DNA of 64,000 nucleotides, from positions 864,001-928,000 of the forward strand of contig OY970218.1 in the NCBI GenBank assembly GCA_963713975.1, in the 5' to 3' direction. How positions within the stretch are numbered: position 1 is the first letter of the stretch; each line of letters begins with the position of its first letter. Positions 9,247-19,272 of this stretch are shown here, piece by piece. Below the pieces are notes generated by a model. The model had not been told where the DNA came from, ran no database searches, and saw nothing but the letters and a program-made list of their open reading frames with translations. This DNA is from an uncultured Chloroflexia bacterium (GTDB lineage: Bacteria; Chloroflexota; Limnocylindria; Limnocylindrales; CSP1-4). Made by a program: the position numbers and the translations under genes.

Positions 9247-10476
9247 ATGAGCCGTACCGCCACCGCCCTGCTTGCCGCCCTCGTGCTAGCCGCAGGGATC
9301 GCGATCGGCATCGCCGGCTGCGACCTTGCCCAGCCCGCGCCATCGGAACCCACCGCGGTCGTCGCGTCAGGGTCACCGAGCGATGGGCCGGCCGGGAGCG
9401 AGCCGACAGCCGAGACCCCGGCCGGCACGGTGGCGCCGCTCGCCACGCCATCCCCCACGCCGACGCCTGAGCCCACGCCCACGCCAGAGCCCACGCCGGT
9501 GCTGGTGCCTGCGCCGCTCACCGGCATTCCCGTCAAGGAGGCCGTGGCCGCGCGCCACGTCGTCGCCGTGATGGTCGATGACCAGTTCGCGGCCCGACCC
9601 CAGTCCGGGCTGTCGCAGGCCGACGTCGTGTGGCAGGCGCCCGCGGAGGGTGGCATTCCGCGCTACGAGGCCTGGTTCCAGAGCATCCTCCCCACCTCGG
9701 TGGGTCCGATCCGCAGCGCTCGCCTCTACTTCGTCGCCTGGGCTGCCGAGTGGAAGGCCGTCTACGTGCACGCCGGTGGCTCGCCCCAGGCCCTGGCCCT
9801 GCTCAACTCCTCCAAGGGCCGGGGCAAGGTCGTCTACAACGCGGACCAGTTCCGCTACAGCAAGTACCTGTACCGCGTCTCGTACCGCTACGCCCCCCAC
9901 AACGTGTACAGCGATGCGAAGAGCCTGCGACAGCTGACCAAGGTCGTGGGCGCGAAACCCGTCACGGGGCAGGCGCCGGTGTGGTCATTCGCGCCCGACG
10001 CCCCGCTCGACCAGCGGCCGGTCGGCGGCAAGATCACGGTCCCGTACCTCGCCAACCGGATCTCCTACAGCTACGACCGCAAGACGAACACCTACCTGCG
10101 CAGCGTGTCCGTGGAGGGCAAGCAGTTCGACGTCGGGACCAAGCCCAAGAAGCGGATCGCACCCAAGAACGTGGTCGTGATGGCCGTCCGGTTCGTCCCG
10201 CTGAACGACAAGAAGCATCGCCTGGACGGCCAGGTCACCGGCACCGGGACGGCATGGATTGCGACCAACGGCAAGACCGTGAAGGGCACCTGGAAGAAGA
10301 AGTCGTTCACGGCTCCCACGCGCTTCTTCGGCCCGGACGGCAAGGCCGTCACGCTTACGATGGGCCAGACCTTCGTGCAGGTGGTGCCGCGCGGGACGAA
10401 GATCACCATCAAGGACGGCAAGGTGGCGGCGCCGGCGGCGCCGGCGCCCTCCCCCTCCCCGTCTCCGGCGGTCTGA
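9247..10476 (+). CDS. DUF3048 (YerB-like) lipoprotein
   Basis: Lipobox IAGC, a PT/PE linker, and APLTG, ARPQSGL..AD, EGGIPR, GPIRSAR, HAGGS and APHNVY motifs. Confidence 0.88.
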   Translation: MSRTATALLAALVLAAGIAIGIAGCDLAQPAPSEPTAVVASGSPSDGPAGSEPTAETPAGTVAPLATPSPTPTPEPTPTPEPTPVLVPAPLTGIPVKEAVAARHVVAVMVDDQFAARPQSGLSQADVVWQAPAEGGIPRYEAWFQSILPTSVGPIRSARLYFVAWAAEWKAVYVHAGGSPQALALLNSSKGRGKVVYNADQFRYSKYLYRVSYRYAPHNVYSDAKSLRQLTKVVGAKPVTGQAPVWSFAPDAPLDQRPVGGKITVPYLANRISYSYDRKTNTYLRSVSVEGKQFDVGTKPKKRIAPKNVVVMAVRFVPLNDKKHRLDGQVTGTGTAWIATNGKTVKGTWKKKSFTAPTRFFGPDGKAVTLTMGQTFVQVVPRGTKITIKDGKVAAPAAPAPSPSPSPAV

Positions 10477-10482
10477 CAGGAT

Positions 10483-11796
10483 CTAGAGGAGCGGAGCGGG
10501 CCGGGCGGCGTCCGCCCACACGACCCTGGTCTCCCGGGCGACATGTGCCCATGTCCGGCCGGAGAGCGATCGCTCCCGCGCGGCCGCGACCAGCGTCGGG
10601 TATGGCTCGGCGTCGGACCATACGGCCCGGATCGCGGCGGCCAGCCGTGGTGCGTCACCCGGCTCCACGAGGATCCCTGCCGCACCCACGACCTCCGGCA
10701 GCGTCCCGACCGCGCTCGCGATCACGGGCACGCCAGCGGCGAGCGCTTCCATCGCCGCCAGGCCGGTGAGCTCGGATCGGACGGGCTGCAGCAGCACCCT
10801 CGCCCCGGCGACGAGCCCGGCAAGCCGGTTGTCCGGGAGGCCCGGGGCATAGGCGAGCTGCTCCGCGACGCCGGCGCGTGCGGCAGCACGCGACAGGGCC
10901 GCCCGATCGTCCGGGGTCGCCCCAACGAGGCACACCCGCGGGGGCCATGCGTCTGCAGGGATGCCGATCGGAGCCGGCTCCCCGCCGAGGCGGGCGAGGG
11001 CGGATAGCAGGGTCGTCAGGTCCTGGCGAGCGTCGTAGCGACCGGCGTAGACCGCGTACAGGCTCCCGAGACCCAGGCGGGATCGCTCCACGCTGCCATC
11101 CGCGACGGCCTCCGGGCGAAAGGCGGGCCGCGGCGCGAGGGCGATCACGCGCAGGCGGTCCTTGCGGATCCGCAGCAGGCGCCGGGCATCCGTGGCGGCG
11201 GCGCGGCCGGGCACGATCACGGCCGCCGCGTCCTTGAGGATGCGCGCTCGCAGCCGCTGCCCGAAGCGGGCGGCCGTCCCGCGCTGGTACTCCTGCGGCA
11301 TCGCCCACGGGGCGAGATCCATGAGCGCGGCGACCACGGGCACGCCCGACCCGATGGGCAACGCACCGGCCGCGGCGTGGTACACGGAACCCGACGCGCC
11401 GCGCCGCTCCGCACGCCATCCGGCACCCGCGGAGACCCCGCGCAGCAGCAGGGGGTCCACGGTCAGGGCCCCAGACCTCAGGAACCGCGTCGGCGGCAGG
11501 CGTCGGCGGCCGGCAACGTCGAGGTTCGCCCAGCGTGCGGTGGGATCATCCTGATCCAGCGCCAGCAGGAACGAGTACGACTCACCCTCGACCGGATCGG
11601 CATCGAGGGCATCGAGGAGCGCCTCGAGATACAGGGCCGTCAGCGGCGCACGGTCCGGATCCTGGAGCGGCCGCGCGTCGAGGATGACGCGGACGCCCGG
11701 CGCCGCGGGAGGGAGGCCGGTCCCGGCGCCTGGACGCCAGCCAGCACGCGCCGCGCCGGTCACGGGGCCCTGCCGGTCATCGTCGGGGCCGGTCAT
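10483..11796 (-). CDS. Glycosyltransferase family 4 (GT-B)
   Basis: ILDARPLQ; E.TGLAAMEALAAGVPVIAS and LPEVVGAAGILV motifs. Confidence 0.85.
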   Translation of the reverse strand: MTGPDDDRQGPVTGAARAGWRPGAGTGLPPAAPGVRVILDARPLQDPDRAPLTALYLEALLDALDADPVEGESYSFLLALDQDDPTARWANLDVAGRRRLPPTRFLRSGALTVDPLLLRGVSAGAGWRAERRGASGSVYHAAAGALPIGSGVPVVAALMDLAPWAMPQEYQRGTAARFGQRLRARILKDAAAVIVPGRAAATDARRLLRIRKDRLRVIALAPRPAFRPEAVADGSVERSRLGLGSLYAVYAGRYDARQDLTTLLSALARLGGEPAPIGIPADAWPPRVCLVGATPDDRAALSRAAARAGVAEQLAYAPGLPDNRLAGLVAGARVLLQPVRSELTGLAAMEALAAGVPVIASAVGTLPEVVGAAGILVEPGDAPRLAAAIRAVWSDAEPYPTLVAAARERSLSGRTWAHVARETRVVWADAARPAPLL

Positions 11797-12617
11797 CGTC
11801 CGGGCCGGACGGGTCCGCGACCGCGCAGCTCGTCCCAGCGAAGGGTCAGCACCACGAGCAGCGCCTCCACGATGATCCGGCGGCTCATCTTGGACTGTCC
11901 GAGGCGCCGGTCACGGAAGGTGATCGGAACCTCCGTGACACGGGCGCCGAGCCGCGACGCGCGGTAGGTCATCTCGATCTGGAACACGTAGCCGCCGGCG
12001 CGGATCCCCGCGAACGGGACGGCCTCGAGCGTGGGCGCCCTCCACGCCTTGAAGCCGCCGGTGAGGTCGTGCGGTGCAAGGCCCAGGACGATCCGGGCGA
12101 ACGTGGAGCCGCCCCGGGAGATCACCCGCCGGATGATGCCCCAGTCCTCGACGCCGCCGCCCACCGTATAGCGTGAGCCGATGACGAGGTCAGCGCGGTC
12201 CTCCACGACCGGTGCGACCAGCGAGGGCAGCGCCACGGGGTCGTGGGACCAGTCTGCGTCCATCTGGATGACGATGGAGGCGCCGCCGCCGAGGGCCATG
12301 CCGAACCCGTCCAGGTAGGCACGACCAAGCCCCTGCTTTGCCCGGCGGTGGAGGACCCGGATCCGGGCGTCCGTGGCGGCCAGCGTCTCTGCGAGGTCGC
12401 CGGTGCCGTCGGGGGAGCTGTCATCCACGACGAGCAGGGTTGCGCCCGGGAGCGCCTCCAGGATCGCCGCCGAGATGGCCTCCAGGTTCTCGCGCTCGTT
12501 GTACGTGGGCAGCACGACCCAGGCACCGGCCCCCACCACGGGGCCGGGCTGCGTCCCCTGACCACCGTCAGTCAAGGGCCGCGCAGCGGTCTCGGCGGGC
12601 TCTTCGTGGGTACTCAC
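11793..12617 (-). CDS. Polyprenol monophosphomannose synthase (GT2, Ppm1/DPM1-like)
   Basis: LPTYNEREN, VVDDSSPDGTG, QMDADWSHDP, DLTGGFK and GYVFQIEM motifs. GTG 12617 sits 8 nt after TACACT. Confidence 0.92.
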   Translation of the reverse strand: MSTHEEPAETAARPLTDGGQGTQPGPVVGAGAWVVLPTYNERENLEAISAAILEALPGATLLVVDDSSPDGTGDLAETLAATDARIRVLHRRAKQGLGRAYLDGFGMALGGGASIVIQMDADWSHDPVALPSLVAPVVEDRADLVIGSRYTVGGGVEDWGIIRRVISRGGSTFARIVLGLAPHDLTGGFKAWRAPTLEAVPFAGIRAGGYVFQIEMTYRASRLGARVTEVPITFRDRRLGQSKMSRRIIVEALLVVLTLRWDELRGRGPVRPGR

Positions 12618-12685
12618 TGGCGGCCAGTGTACGGCGCTCCTCGATGCCCCGGTCCCGACGGGCCACTCTCCGGTCCGCGCCGGAC

Positions 12686-15600
12686 TCACCGCGAGCCGAT
12701 CCGGATGGGGATCGTGGTCGTGTTGGTCCCCCCACCGCTGTCCTTCGCCCTGATCCGGACGTTGCCCGTGCCGGCTGCCCCGGCGGCGACCTTGAACGTG
12801 GCGCGATACGTGCCGTCCGCCCGCCGCGTCGCGGTCACCTTCACCGCCGTGCGACCGGGCTGCGAGAACACGACCGTCGGCCGGGTCGACAGTGGCTCCA
12901 GGGTGGCAAAGCGGATGCGGAGGGCCTGGCCCGGGACCACCGTTGCGGGCGACGGCGAGACCGAGAACCCGGCCGCCCAGACCGGCCGGTCCAGCATCTG
13001 TTTTCCCACGGAGGAGGTCAGCGTGAGGCGGGCCATGTACCGTCCCTGCGGCGCCCATGACCCGTTCGCAAGTCGTCCGTCCCAGGTCCAGGAGTGCGAT
13101 CCCGCAGCCTGGCTCTTGCGGATCCACGCGGTTCGGACCAGGTTGCCCCCGGCATCGTAGAGGCGCAGGGTCGTCCGTCCGGAGCGGGTTGACCGCCACG
13201 TGAGCTCGGCGCGAGGACGGAGCGTGTCGGCATCCTGGGGGAAGAACCCGCCGGACCAGCGCAGGCTGCGCACCGTGCGGTCCACGACCACGCCCCTGCT
13301 CGTGACCCGCGTGTTGCCGACGGCGTCCCGGGTGCTCACCTTGACCGTGTACCTGCCGTCGGCGACCGCCTTGCCTGCTGCCGTGCGGCCGTCCCAGGTG
13401 GTGGACCAGTCGGTGGTGGCCCTGAACGTCCACGACCGGATCCTGGTGGCTCCCTTGTAGATGCGGACGGTGCCGCTCGCCTCCTCGTTGCTACTCCAGG
13501 CGAGGGCGGCGGCATCGGTGGCACCGTCACCATCGGGCGAGAAGGTGGCCGGGGAGACCCTGACCGCCAGCACGGGCCCCGTGGTATCCACGGTGACCGG
13601 GAAGCTGCGCGATGCCGGGTTGCCGACGCTGTCGAACAAGGAGAGCCTCACCGTGTAGTGACCGTCGGCCACTCGCTTGCCGGCGGCGCTCGTCCCGGAC
13701 CACGTGAGGGCGGCGGTCGCGCCTGTCCCATCGGCTGTCCGGACGGTGGAGCCGGCCGCGTTCGTCACCCGCGCCGTCCACCGGGTGGCCCCGCGGCCCC
13801 TGAGGGTCAGCTTGACCAAGTCCGTCGTCCCGTCGCCGTTGGGCGACAGCACCGTGGACGAGGCCGACATGGACACGACCTCGGGCGCCACGGTGTCGAC
13901 GGTGACGGCGTAAGTGGCCACCTGGGCTCCGGTCACGGGCCGGGCCGACGGCGCCGAATAGGTCTTCCCCGATGCCGTTCCCACCAGCTGTAGGACGTAG
14001 CGTCCGTCGGGCACGCGTGAGCCGCCGATCCTGCCATTCCACGACCATGCCCGGGCACCGGACGCACGCGCCGGCACGGCGACGGTGCCGGCAAGCGAAC
14101 CGTCCGCGCGATGGACCTTGAGCGTGAGCTTGTCCATCGTCCGGGTGCTGGTCCAGCGCAGCCGGATCGAATCACGGGAGCCGTCGCCATTCGGAGAGAG
14201 TGAGCGCCCGGCGATGGCCGGACCCGATGCACCGAGGAGGGACTTCCCGGCGCCGAAGTCCAGTCCGACCAGCCCCGCCTGGACGCGCGTGCTGTTGGGG
14301 GCGCGGTGGGCCGTCACGTGCGTCCCGGACGGCGATCGGGCCGCGATCCACACGCCGCGCTCCACGAAGGACACGGGGTTCCATTCCTTCACCGGCTGGG
14401 TGACCTCGTACCAGGCGTAGCCGCCGGAGACGACGGGGCCGCGGGTGATGGCCACGACGGTGGCCGCCGCCAGCGAGCCCAGCTTCGCGGCCGATGACCT
14501 GGGACCCGTCCGGTAGGCGAGACCGTTCGTCTTCACGATGCCGAAGCCGCCGGTCGCCAGGGACGGCGTGCCGTCCCAGCGGCTGGTGACGTTCCAGGCG
14601 CCGCTGTTGCCCCTGCCGTCCCGTGCGCGGACCCGGAAGGCATAGCCGACTCCGTCCTTGCCCAGCCACACGTTCGACGTGGCCCTGGTCGCGGTGAGCC
14701 ACGTCTTCCACGCTCCCCCGTTGGCAGAGACCTGGACGTCGTAGCTCACGACCTCGCCGGCTTCCTCGGCTCCCCAGGCGACGACGAAGCCCTCGTCGGG
14801 CTGCGCCGGACCGAGCAGCCGGATGCCCGCCTGCGGAGCGGACTTGTCGGGGAGAAACGCCTCGGCGAAGGCCCGGTAGAGCTCCGGGTGACCGCCGTCG
14901 TAGCCAAGGGCCCAGATGCCGGCGCCACGCAATCCGTAGTCGTTGACCATGGACAGGCGCAGCTTCATGGACTGGCCGTCGTCGTAGTAGACCTGGCGCC
15001 AGCTGGTCACGCACCCGTAGGTGCTGGTGCAGTTCTGGCGCCGGTACACGATGTACGGGCTCTGCTCTGCCGAGTCCCAGCGGCGGCCGTACTTGTCCAC
15101 CAGGGCGGTGAGGCTCTCGTAGTTGACGGCGGTGCTGTAGCCGTACTTCAAGCCACTCTGGCTGGTGGAGCGCGCGGCATCGGTCTTGGTCGACCAGGCT
15201 CGGCCGTACCAGGGAAGGCCCAGGATCAAGCGCGACGGACTCACCCGTGCCGTGTACGAGCGCACGGTGTCGGCCAGGTCGTACGTGGACCCCGACAGCG
15301 GGTCGATGGAGCCCGCCGTCCCGGAGCCCGAGATGCGGTAGTCGTAGCCCATGACGAAGATCGCATCGGCTGCCCCGGGTTTCACGGAGGCCTCCAGCGG
15401 ATAGTTCCCGATGTACCCCGTCGTGTCGTAGGTCAGCTGGTAGCCGCGCTTGACCTTGTTCAGCTCGCTGCGCACGGCCCTCAGGAGGAGCACGAACTCG
15501 TCGGCATAGCCCGAGGCGAGGGGCTCGAAGTCCAGGTTGACACCGTCGGCGCCGCGGTCCCGGACGGCGGCCGCGACCTGCCTCGCCAGGTTGCGTCGCG

Positions 15601-16468
15601 CAGCGGAGCTGCCCAGGATCGACCTCTGGACCGCCGCCTGGGACGAGGTCCAGGCAAAGGCGGACACGGTCAGGACGACCCTGGTGCCGCGCTGGTGCGC
15701 GGCGTTGATCACGGACGTCATGTTGGAGCTGGTCCAGCCGCCCCATCCCGTGGTGGTGCTGCCGTCGGCGGACTTCTTCTTGAGGTCGCCCTTGCCGTTG
15801 GCGCCCACGGAGAAGTAGGCGATAGTCGAGAGGACGTCGTAGTTGAGCTTGGTCGAAGCGCCGGAGAGCTCCCAGTAGGGCAGGAACCCGAAGACCTGGC
15901 GGCGGAGCCCGGCGGCGGCCGCAAGGTCGACGGCGTCATCGACCGGCGCGGTGTAGCCGACGGCGGACGCCGGCGCCGCCACCTCGGCGGCCGGGGCATC
16001 AACCGGCGAGGACGCCGGGGCCGCAAGCATCAGCGGGCCTACCGGAAGGCGATTGTCGCCGGCCGCCCCGGGGACGACGTCGCTGCCGTCGGGCCCCGCA
16101 TCGCTGCGAGTCACACCTGCCCAGCTGCTCCCCTGGGCGCTGGCTGCCATCTCGCGACCGGTGGCACGTCCACCGGGAAGGGCAGCCGGGGCGCGGCCAT
16201 CGACCGGCCAGCGGTCGGCGGAGCGCGGCTTGAAGCCCACCGAGACGATCCCGCCGGGCCGGAAGACGATCTTGTCGCCCTCATGCGCCACGGCCTCCTC
16301 GTAGGCGATGGACGGGACGAGCCCGGGTGCGCTCGCGTCGGGACCGGCGGGAGCCGGGTCGCCTGCGACGGCGACGGGCGGCGGCAGCAGGCCGGCGAGC
16401 AGCGTCGCGGCGAGGATCGCGGCGGCGATGGCGGAGAAGCGACGGGCTTCCGATCGGGATCCGGACAC
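12686..16468 (-). CDS. Secreted GH18 glycoside hydrolase with Fn3, SH3-like and FlgD-Ig repeats
   Basis: Signal peptide; VFGFLPYW, DGVNLDFE, MGYDY, LGLPWYGR and GAGIWALGYD; repeated SPNGDG..D...WDG...DGRY modules. Confidence 0.88.
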   Translation of the reverse strand: MSGSRSEARRFSAIAAAILAATLLAGLLPPPVAVAGDPAPAGPDASAPGLVPSIAYEEAVAHEGDKIVFRPGGIVSVGFKPRSADRWPVDGRAPAALPGGRATGREMAASAQGSSWAGVTRSDAGPDGSDVVPGAAGDNRLPVGPLMLAAPASSPVDAPAAEVAAPASAVGYTAPVDDAVDLAAAAGLRRQVFGFLPYWELSGASTKLNYDVLSTIAYFSVGANGKGDLKKKSADGSTTTGWGGWTSSNMTSVINAAHQRGTRVVLTVSAFAWTSSQAAVQRSILGSSAARRNLARQVAAAVRDRGADGVNLDFEPLASGYADEFVLLLRAVRSELNKVKRGYQLTYDTTGYIGNYPLEASVKPGAADAIFVMGYDYRISGSGTAGSIDPLSGSTYDLADTVRSYTARVSPSRLILGLPWYGRAWSTKTDAARSTSQSGLKYGYSTAVNYESLTALVDKYGRRWDSAEQSPYIVYRRQNCTSTYGCVTSWRQVYYDDGQSMKLRLSMVNDYGLRGAGIWALGYDGGHPELYRAFAEAFLPDKSAPQAGIRLLGPAQPDEGFVVAWGAEEAGEVVSYDVQVSANGGAWKTWLTATRATSNVWLGKDGVGYAFRVRARDGRGNSGAWNVTSRWDGTPSLATGGFGIVKTNGLAYRTGPRSSAAKLGSLAAATVVAITRGPVVSGGYAWYEVTQPVKEWNPVSFVERGVWIAARSPSGTHVTAHRAPNSTRVQAGLVGLDFGAGKSLLGASGPAIAGRSLSPNGDGSRDSIRLRWTSTRTMDKLTLKVHRADGSLAGTVAVPARASGARAWSWNGRIGGSRVPDGRYVLQLVGTASGKTYSAPSARPVTGAQVATYAVTVDTVAPEVVSMSASSTVLSPNGDGTTDLVKLTLRGRGATRWTARVTNAAGSTVRTADGTGATAALTWSGTSAAGKRVADGHYTVRLSLFDSVGNPASRSFPVTVDTTGPVLAVRVSPATFSPDGDGATDAAALAWSSNEEASGTVRIYKGATRIRSWTFRATTDWSTTWDGRTAAGKAVADGRYTVKVSTRDAVGNTRVTSRGVVVDRTVRSLRWSGGFFPQDADTLRPRAELTWRSTRSGRTTLRLYDAGGNLVRTAWIRKSQAAGSHSWTWDGRLANGSWAPQGRYMARLTLTSSVGKQMLDRPVWAAGFSVSPSPATVVPGQALRIRFATLEPLSTRPTVVFSQPGRTAVKVTATRRADGTYRATFKVAAGAAGTGNVRIRAKDSGGGTNTTTIPIRIGSR

Positions 16469-16753
16469 GGCGCTCCTCGACAGCAGGACCTCGCGCCGCC
16501 CGCCTGACCGCGGGGCCGCAAGCCGGCCGGGTGCTCCACGCTGCGGAGCGGTTGCGTACCGGCAGGACCCTCAACGTACGGTCGGCGCCGCCGGACGCCC
16601 ACCCCTCCATGGTCCCGGTGGCACCCGGTACGGTGGGGTGACGGATGGTCTGGTGCGGTCAGGTCGAGTCGGTGGCCACGCGACCACGGGACCGCTGGAC
16701 CCAGGTGGACGCGGAGTCCGCGACCGGTCCCGGTCAGCCCGCGATGGCGCCCG

Positions 16754-19045
16754 TCAGTGGAGCGGCAGGTAGCGGTTCGACGCCTGCGTCGAGCGGTGGC
16801 TGTCCACGGCCGTCACGCGGAGTCGAATGGTCCCGGCCTTGCTGCTCTTCAGCGTCACCGTGGCCCGGTAGACCCGCGTGCCCACCTTCTTCATCGTCAC
16901 GCTCCATGCATTGGCGCCGGGCTGGTAGATGCGCAGCTTGGGGGTTCCGCCCAGGGCCTCGGCGCTGGTCGCGGTCACGGTCAGCCGCTGCCGCCGTCCC
17001 GGGGTCGTGTCGGAGACGACGATCTTGAACGCATCGGCGAGCACGTCGACGCGCTGCGTGGCGCTGAAGGTGCCGTCCGTGGCGGTCACGACCGAGCGGT
17101 ACGTGCCGCGCGGGACCACGGCGCCGGCATCGTTCCTGCCGCTCCACGTGAAGGTCTGGGTGCCTGCAGCCAGCGCCTGTCCGACCTTGATCGTCCGCAC
17201 GACGAGGCCCTTCGAGTCCTGGACGGTCCAGTCCACGGTGGCCGCAGACCGCAACCGGAAGGTAAGCGAGGTCGAGCGCGCGAGTGAGTCGCCGTCCTGC
17301 GGGAAGAAGGCGGACCTGGAGGCTGCCACGTAGCCCAGCGCGCCGAACACCGCGACCGCGCGGGTCTGTGTATCGCTCCGATTGCCTGCCCGGTCCTCCG
17401 CCACGAACGACACCTTGTACGTGCCGTCGCCCACCACGGCCCCGCCCGTGTCGCGACCGTCCCAGGTCAGCGTGGCCGGAGCCGTGCCGGTCGTGATCGA
17501 GACGCGATCGACGACCGTGCCGTCGGCGTCCTTCACGGTCGCGATGACCGAGCCAGGCTCGCTGGCCCGCACCGCAAACCCGATCGTGTCGCCGGCCTTG
17601 TCGCCGTTCGGCGAGAACTGCGGCGTGGGTCCGTCCGCGTCCGCCACGGAGACGTCCGGGGCGGTCGTGTCGACCGCGATCTCGCCGGTGGTCTCGAGCG
17701 GGCCGTTGTCCCAGCCGTCGACTGCCTCGAGCTCCCACCGGTATCGACCGTCCACAACAGCGCCGGCCGCGGGTGACCAGGTGAGCGACGCGGTGTCCGA
17801 GGAGCCGGTCTTCGACGCGAGCTTGTTGCCGTCGGCGTCCACGATCTGGAGCTTCCACGCCGCCGACTCCGACATGCGGATCGAGAGCGGAAGGGTGTCC
17901 TGGGCGCCGTCGCCGTTGGGCGAGAACGTACCTGCGGCATCGTCGACCTCCCAGACCCTCGGTGCCGCGCTATCGCGCGGGATCAGGGCTGCGCCGGTCA
18001 TCCAGCCCGCGATGTCGCCGCTGTGCACCCGGTAGACGGGCGAGCCATCGACCGCCGATGTCGCCGGCTCGACGGAGTCGACGCGAACCCTGGCGGTGTT
18101 GGGGAGCGTGGCCACCGGGTCCGCGCCGGCGACCGCCGACTCCACGGACCCGTACACCGGGGAGCCGTCCGGGAGCGGGCTGGCGTTGCCCGGGACGAGC
18201 AGCGTCGCCGGATCGACGGACGTGTCAGCGTAGGGGGCGCCCGTGACGTCCTGGGTCCGCAGCGACATCTTCCCCGCGATGGACCGGTAGTAGCTGCCGG
18301 CCTTCTCCGGATCCATCTGGAACGTGGAGCCCGGATTCCGCGCGGACGCGTACGTCGACACGTTGTCGTTGGCGTCCGGGGCGTTGCGCCAGTACTCGTC
18401 GATGGTCTGGCGAGCCGTGAACAGGGCGCGGATGTAGTACGGATCGTGGCTGTGACCGTTGGCGACCACCGCGCGGGCTCCCGCCTGCAGGAACGCGGCA
18501 GCGTAGTTGTCCACCCGCTGCTTGGCCTTCGACAGCGACGGCTCGGAGGCCCCGGACTCCGGGTTGCCGGACGCATAGCAGAGGTGGAACAGGAGCACCA
18601 CCGCGTTGGGGGCCGGTCGCAGGTCACGGATCCACGGCTCGCCGTAGTACTTGTTCTCGGAGTCCGTGGTCTTGCCGTCGCCGTTGAGGTCGGCGTTGAG
18701 CCCGAAGCCGTCCTTGGTCGTGTAGTTCGGATCGAACGTGTACGGGCTTGGCCAGCCATTGCCGTGACCCAGGTACACGATGATCGAGGCACCGGCGACC
18801 GCAGCCTTCACCTTCGAGGCCGTCGCGCCGGGGCTGTACACGCGCACGACGGAGCTCGTGTACTTGATCGCCTCCTTGTAGACCTGGTCCGCGTAGGAGC
18901 GGTAGGTGGGCGTCGTGCCGTGGGTCGCGCCCACGATGATGGCCACCTTGACGCCGGATGCGGCGTTCGCCGCCGGGGCTGTCGGGGTGACGGTGCCGAG
19001 ACCGGCGATCAGGACGGCAGCGAGGGCGATCAGGGGCTTGCGCAA
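16754..19045 (-). CDS. Secreted protein: putative clan-CD (gingipain/caspase-fold) catalytic domain, SH3-like domain and FlgD-Ig repeats
   Basis: TTG 19045 with GGAG RBS; signal peptide ending ANA-A; IIVYLGHGNG and VLLFHLCYASG; FSPNGD/FFPQDGD repeats. Confidence 0.75.
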   Translation of the reverse strand: MRKPLIALAAVLIAGLGTVTPTAPAANAASGVKVAIIVGATHGTTPTYRSYADQVYKEAIKYTSSVVRVYSPGATASKVKAAVAGASIIVYLGHGNGWPSPYTFDPNYTTKDGFGLNADLNGDGKTTDSENKYYGEPWIRDLRPAPNAVVLLFHLCYASGNPESGASEPSLSKAKQRVDNYAAAFLQAGARAVVANGHSHDPYYIRALFTARQTIDEYWRNAPDANDNVSTYASARNPGSTFQMDPEKAGSYYRSIAGKMSLRTQDVTGAPYADTSVDPATLLVPGNASPLPDGSPVYGSVESAVAGADPVATLPNTARVRVDSVEPATSAVDGSPVYRVHSGDIAGWMTGAALIPRDSAAPRVWEVDDAAGTFSPNGDGAQDTLPLSIRMSESAAWKLQIVDADGNKLASKTGSSDTASLTWSPAAGAVVDGRYRWELEAVDGWDNGPLETTGEIAVDTTAPDVSVADADGPTPQFSPNGDKAGDTIGFAVRASEPGSVIATVKDADGTVVDRVSITTGTAPATLTWDGRDTGGAVVGDGTYKVSFVAEDRAGNRSDTQTRAVAVFGALGYVAASRSAFFPQDGDSLARSTSLTFRLRSAATVDWTVQDSKGLVVRTIKVGQALAAGTQTFTWSGRNDAGAVVPRGTYRSVVTATDGTFSATQRVDVLADAFKIVVSDTTPGRRQRLTVTATSAEALGGTPKLRIYQPGANAWSVTMKKVGTRVYRATVTLKSSKAGTIRLRVTAVDSHRSTQASNRYLPLH

Positions 19046-19272
19046 TGGATCAGCTCCGGAGTGGGCGACGGCCGGAGGACGATGACCAGTCGCCGGATGA
19101 GTGCCCACCCAGACTCGTCGCGCCCGTGCGCAAGCTCAATCGCGGGATGGTCAGGGCGGTCGTGGCCCTTTCGACCCGCCTTTGGTGGAGTAGAGGTGGG
19201 TCAGGCCCAGAACGGGGCGGTTCGACCCGGCCCCGTGCGGTGCCGGCGTGGTGCCAGCACGAACCGGACCGG

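Noticed and set aside
9440-9500. Tandem CCCACGCC-type DNA repeats
   Set aside because: They encode a PT/PE linker in the DUF3048 lipoprotein; this is not a CRISPR array or regulatory repeat.
16469-16753. Intergenic region upstream of the GH18 gene with many GGTC/GACC words; considered as a c-di-AMP (ydaO) riboswitch
   Set aside because: The ydaO consensus blocks (GAAUCC, GGGAACC, CCCGUCAGCUAAC) are not visible, and the short words have no regular period.
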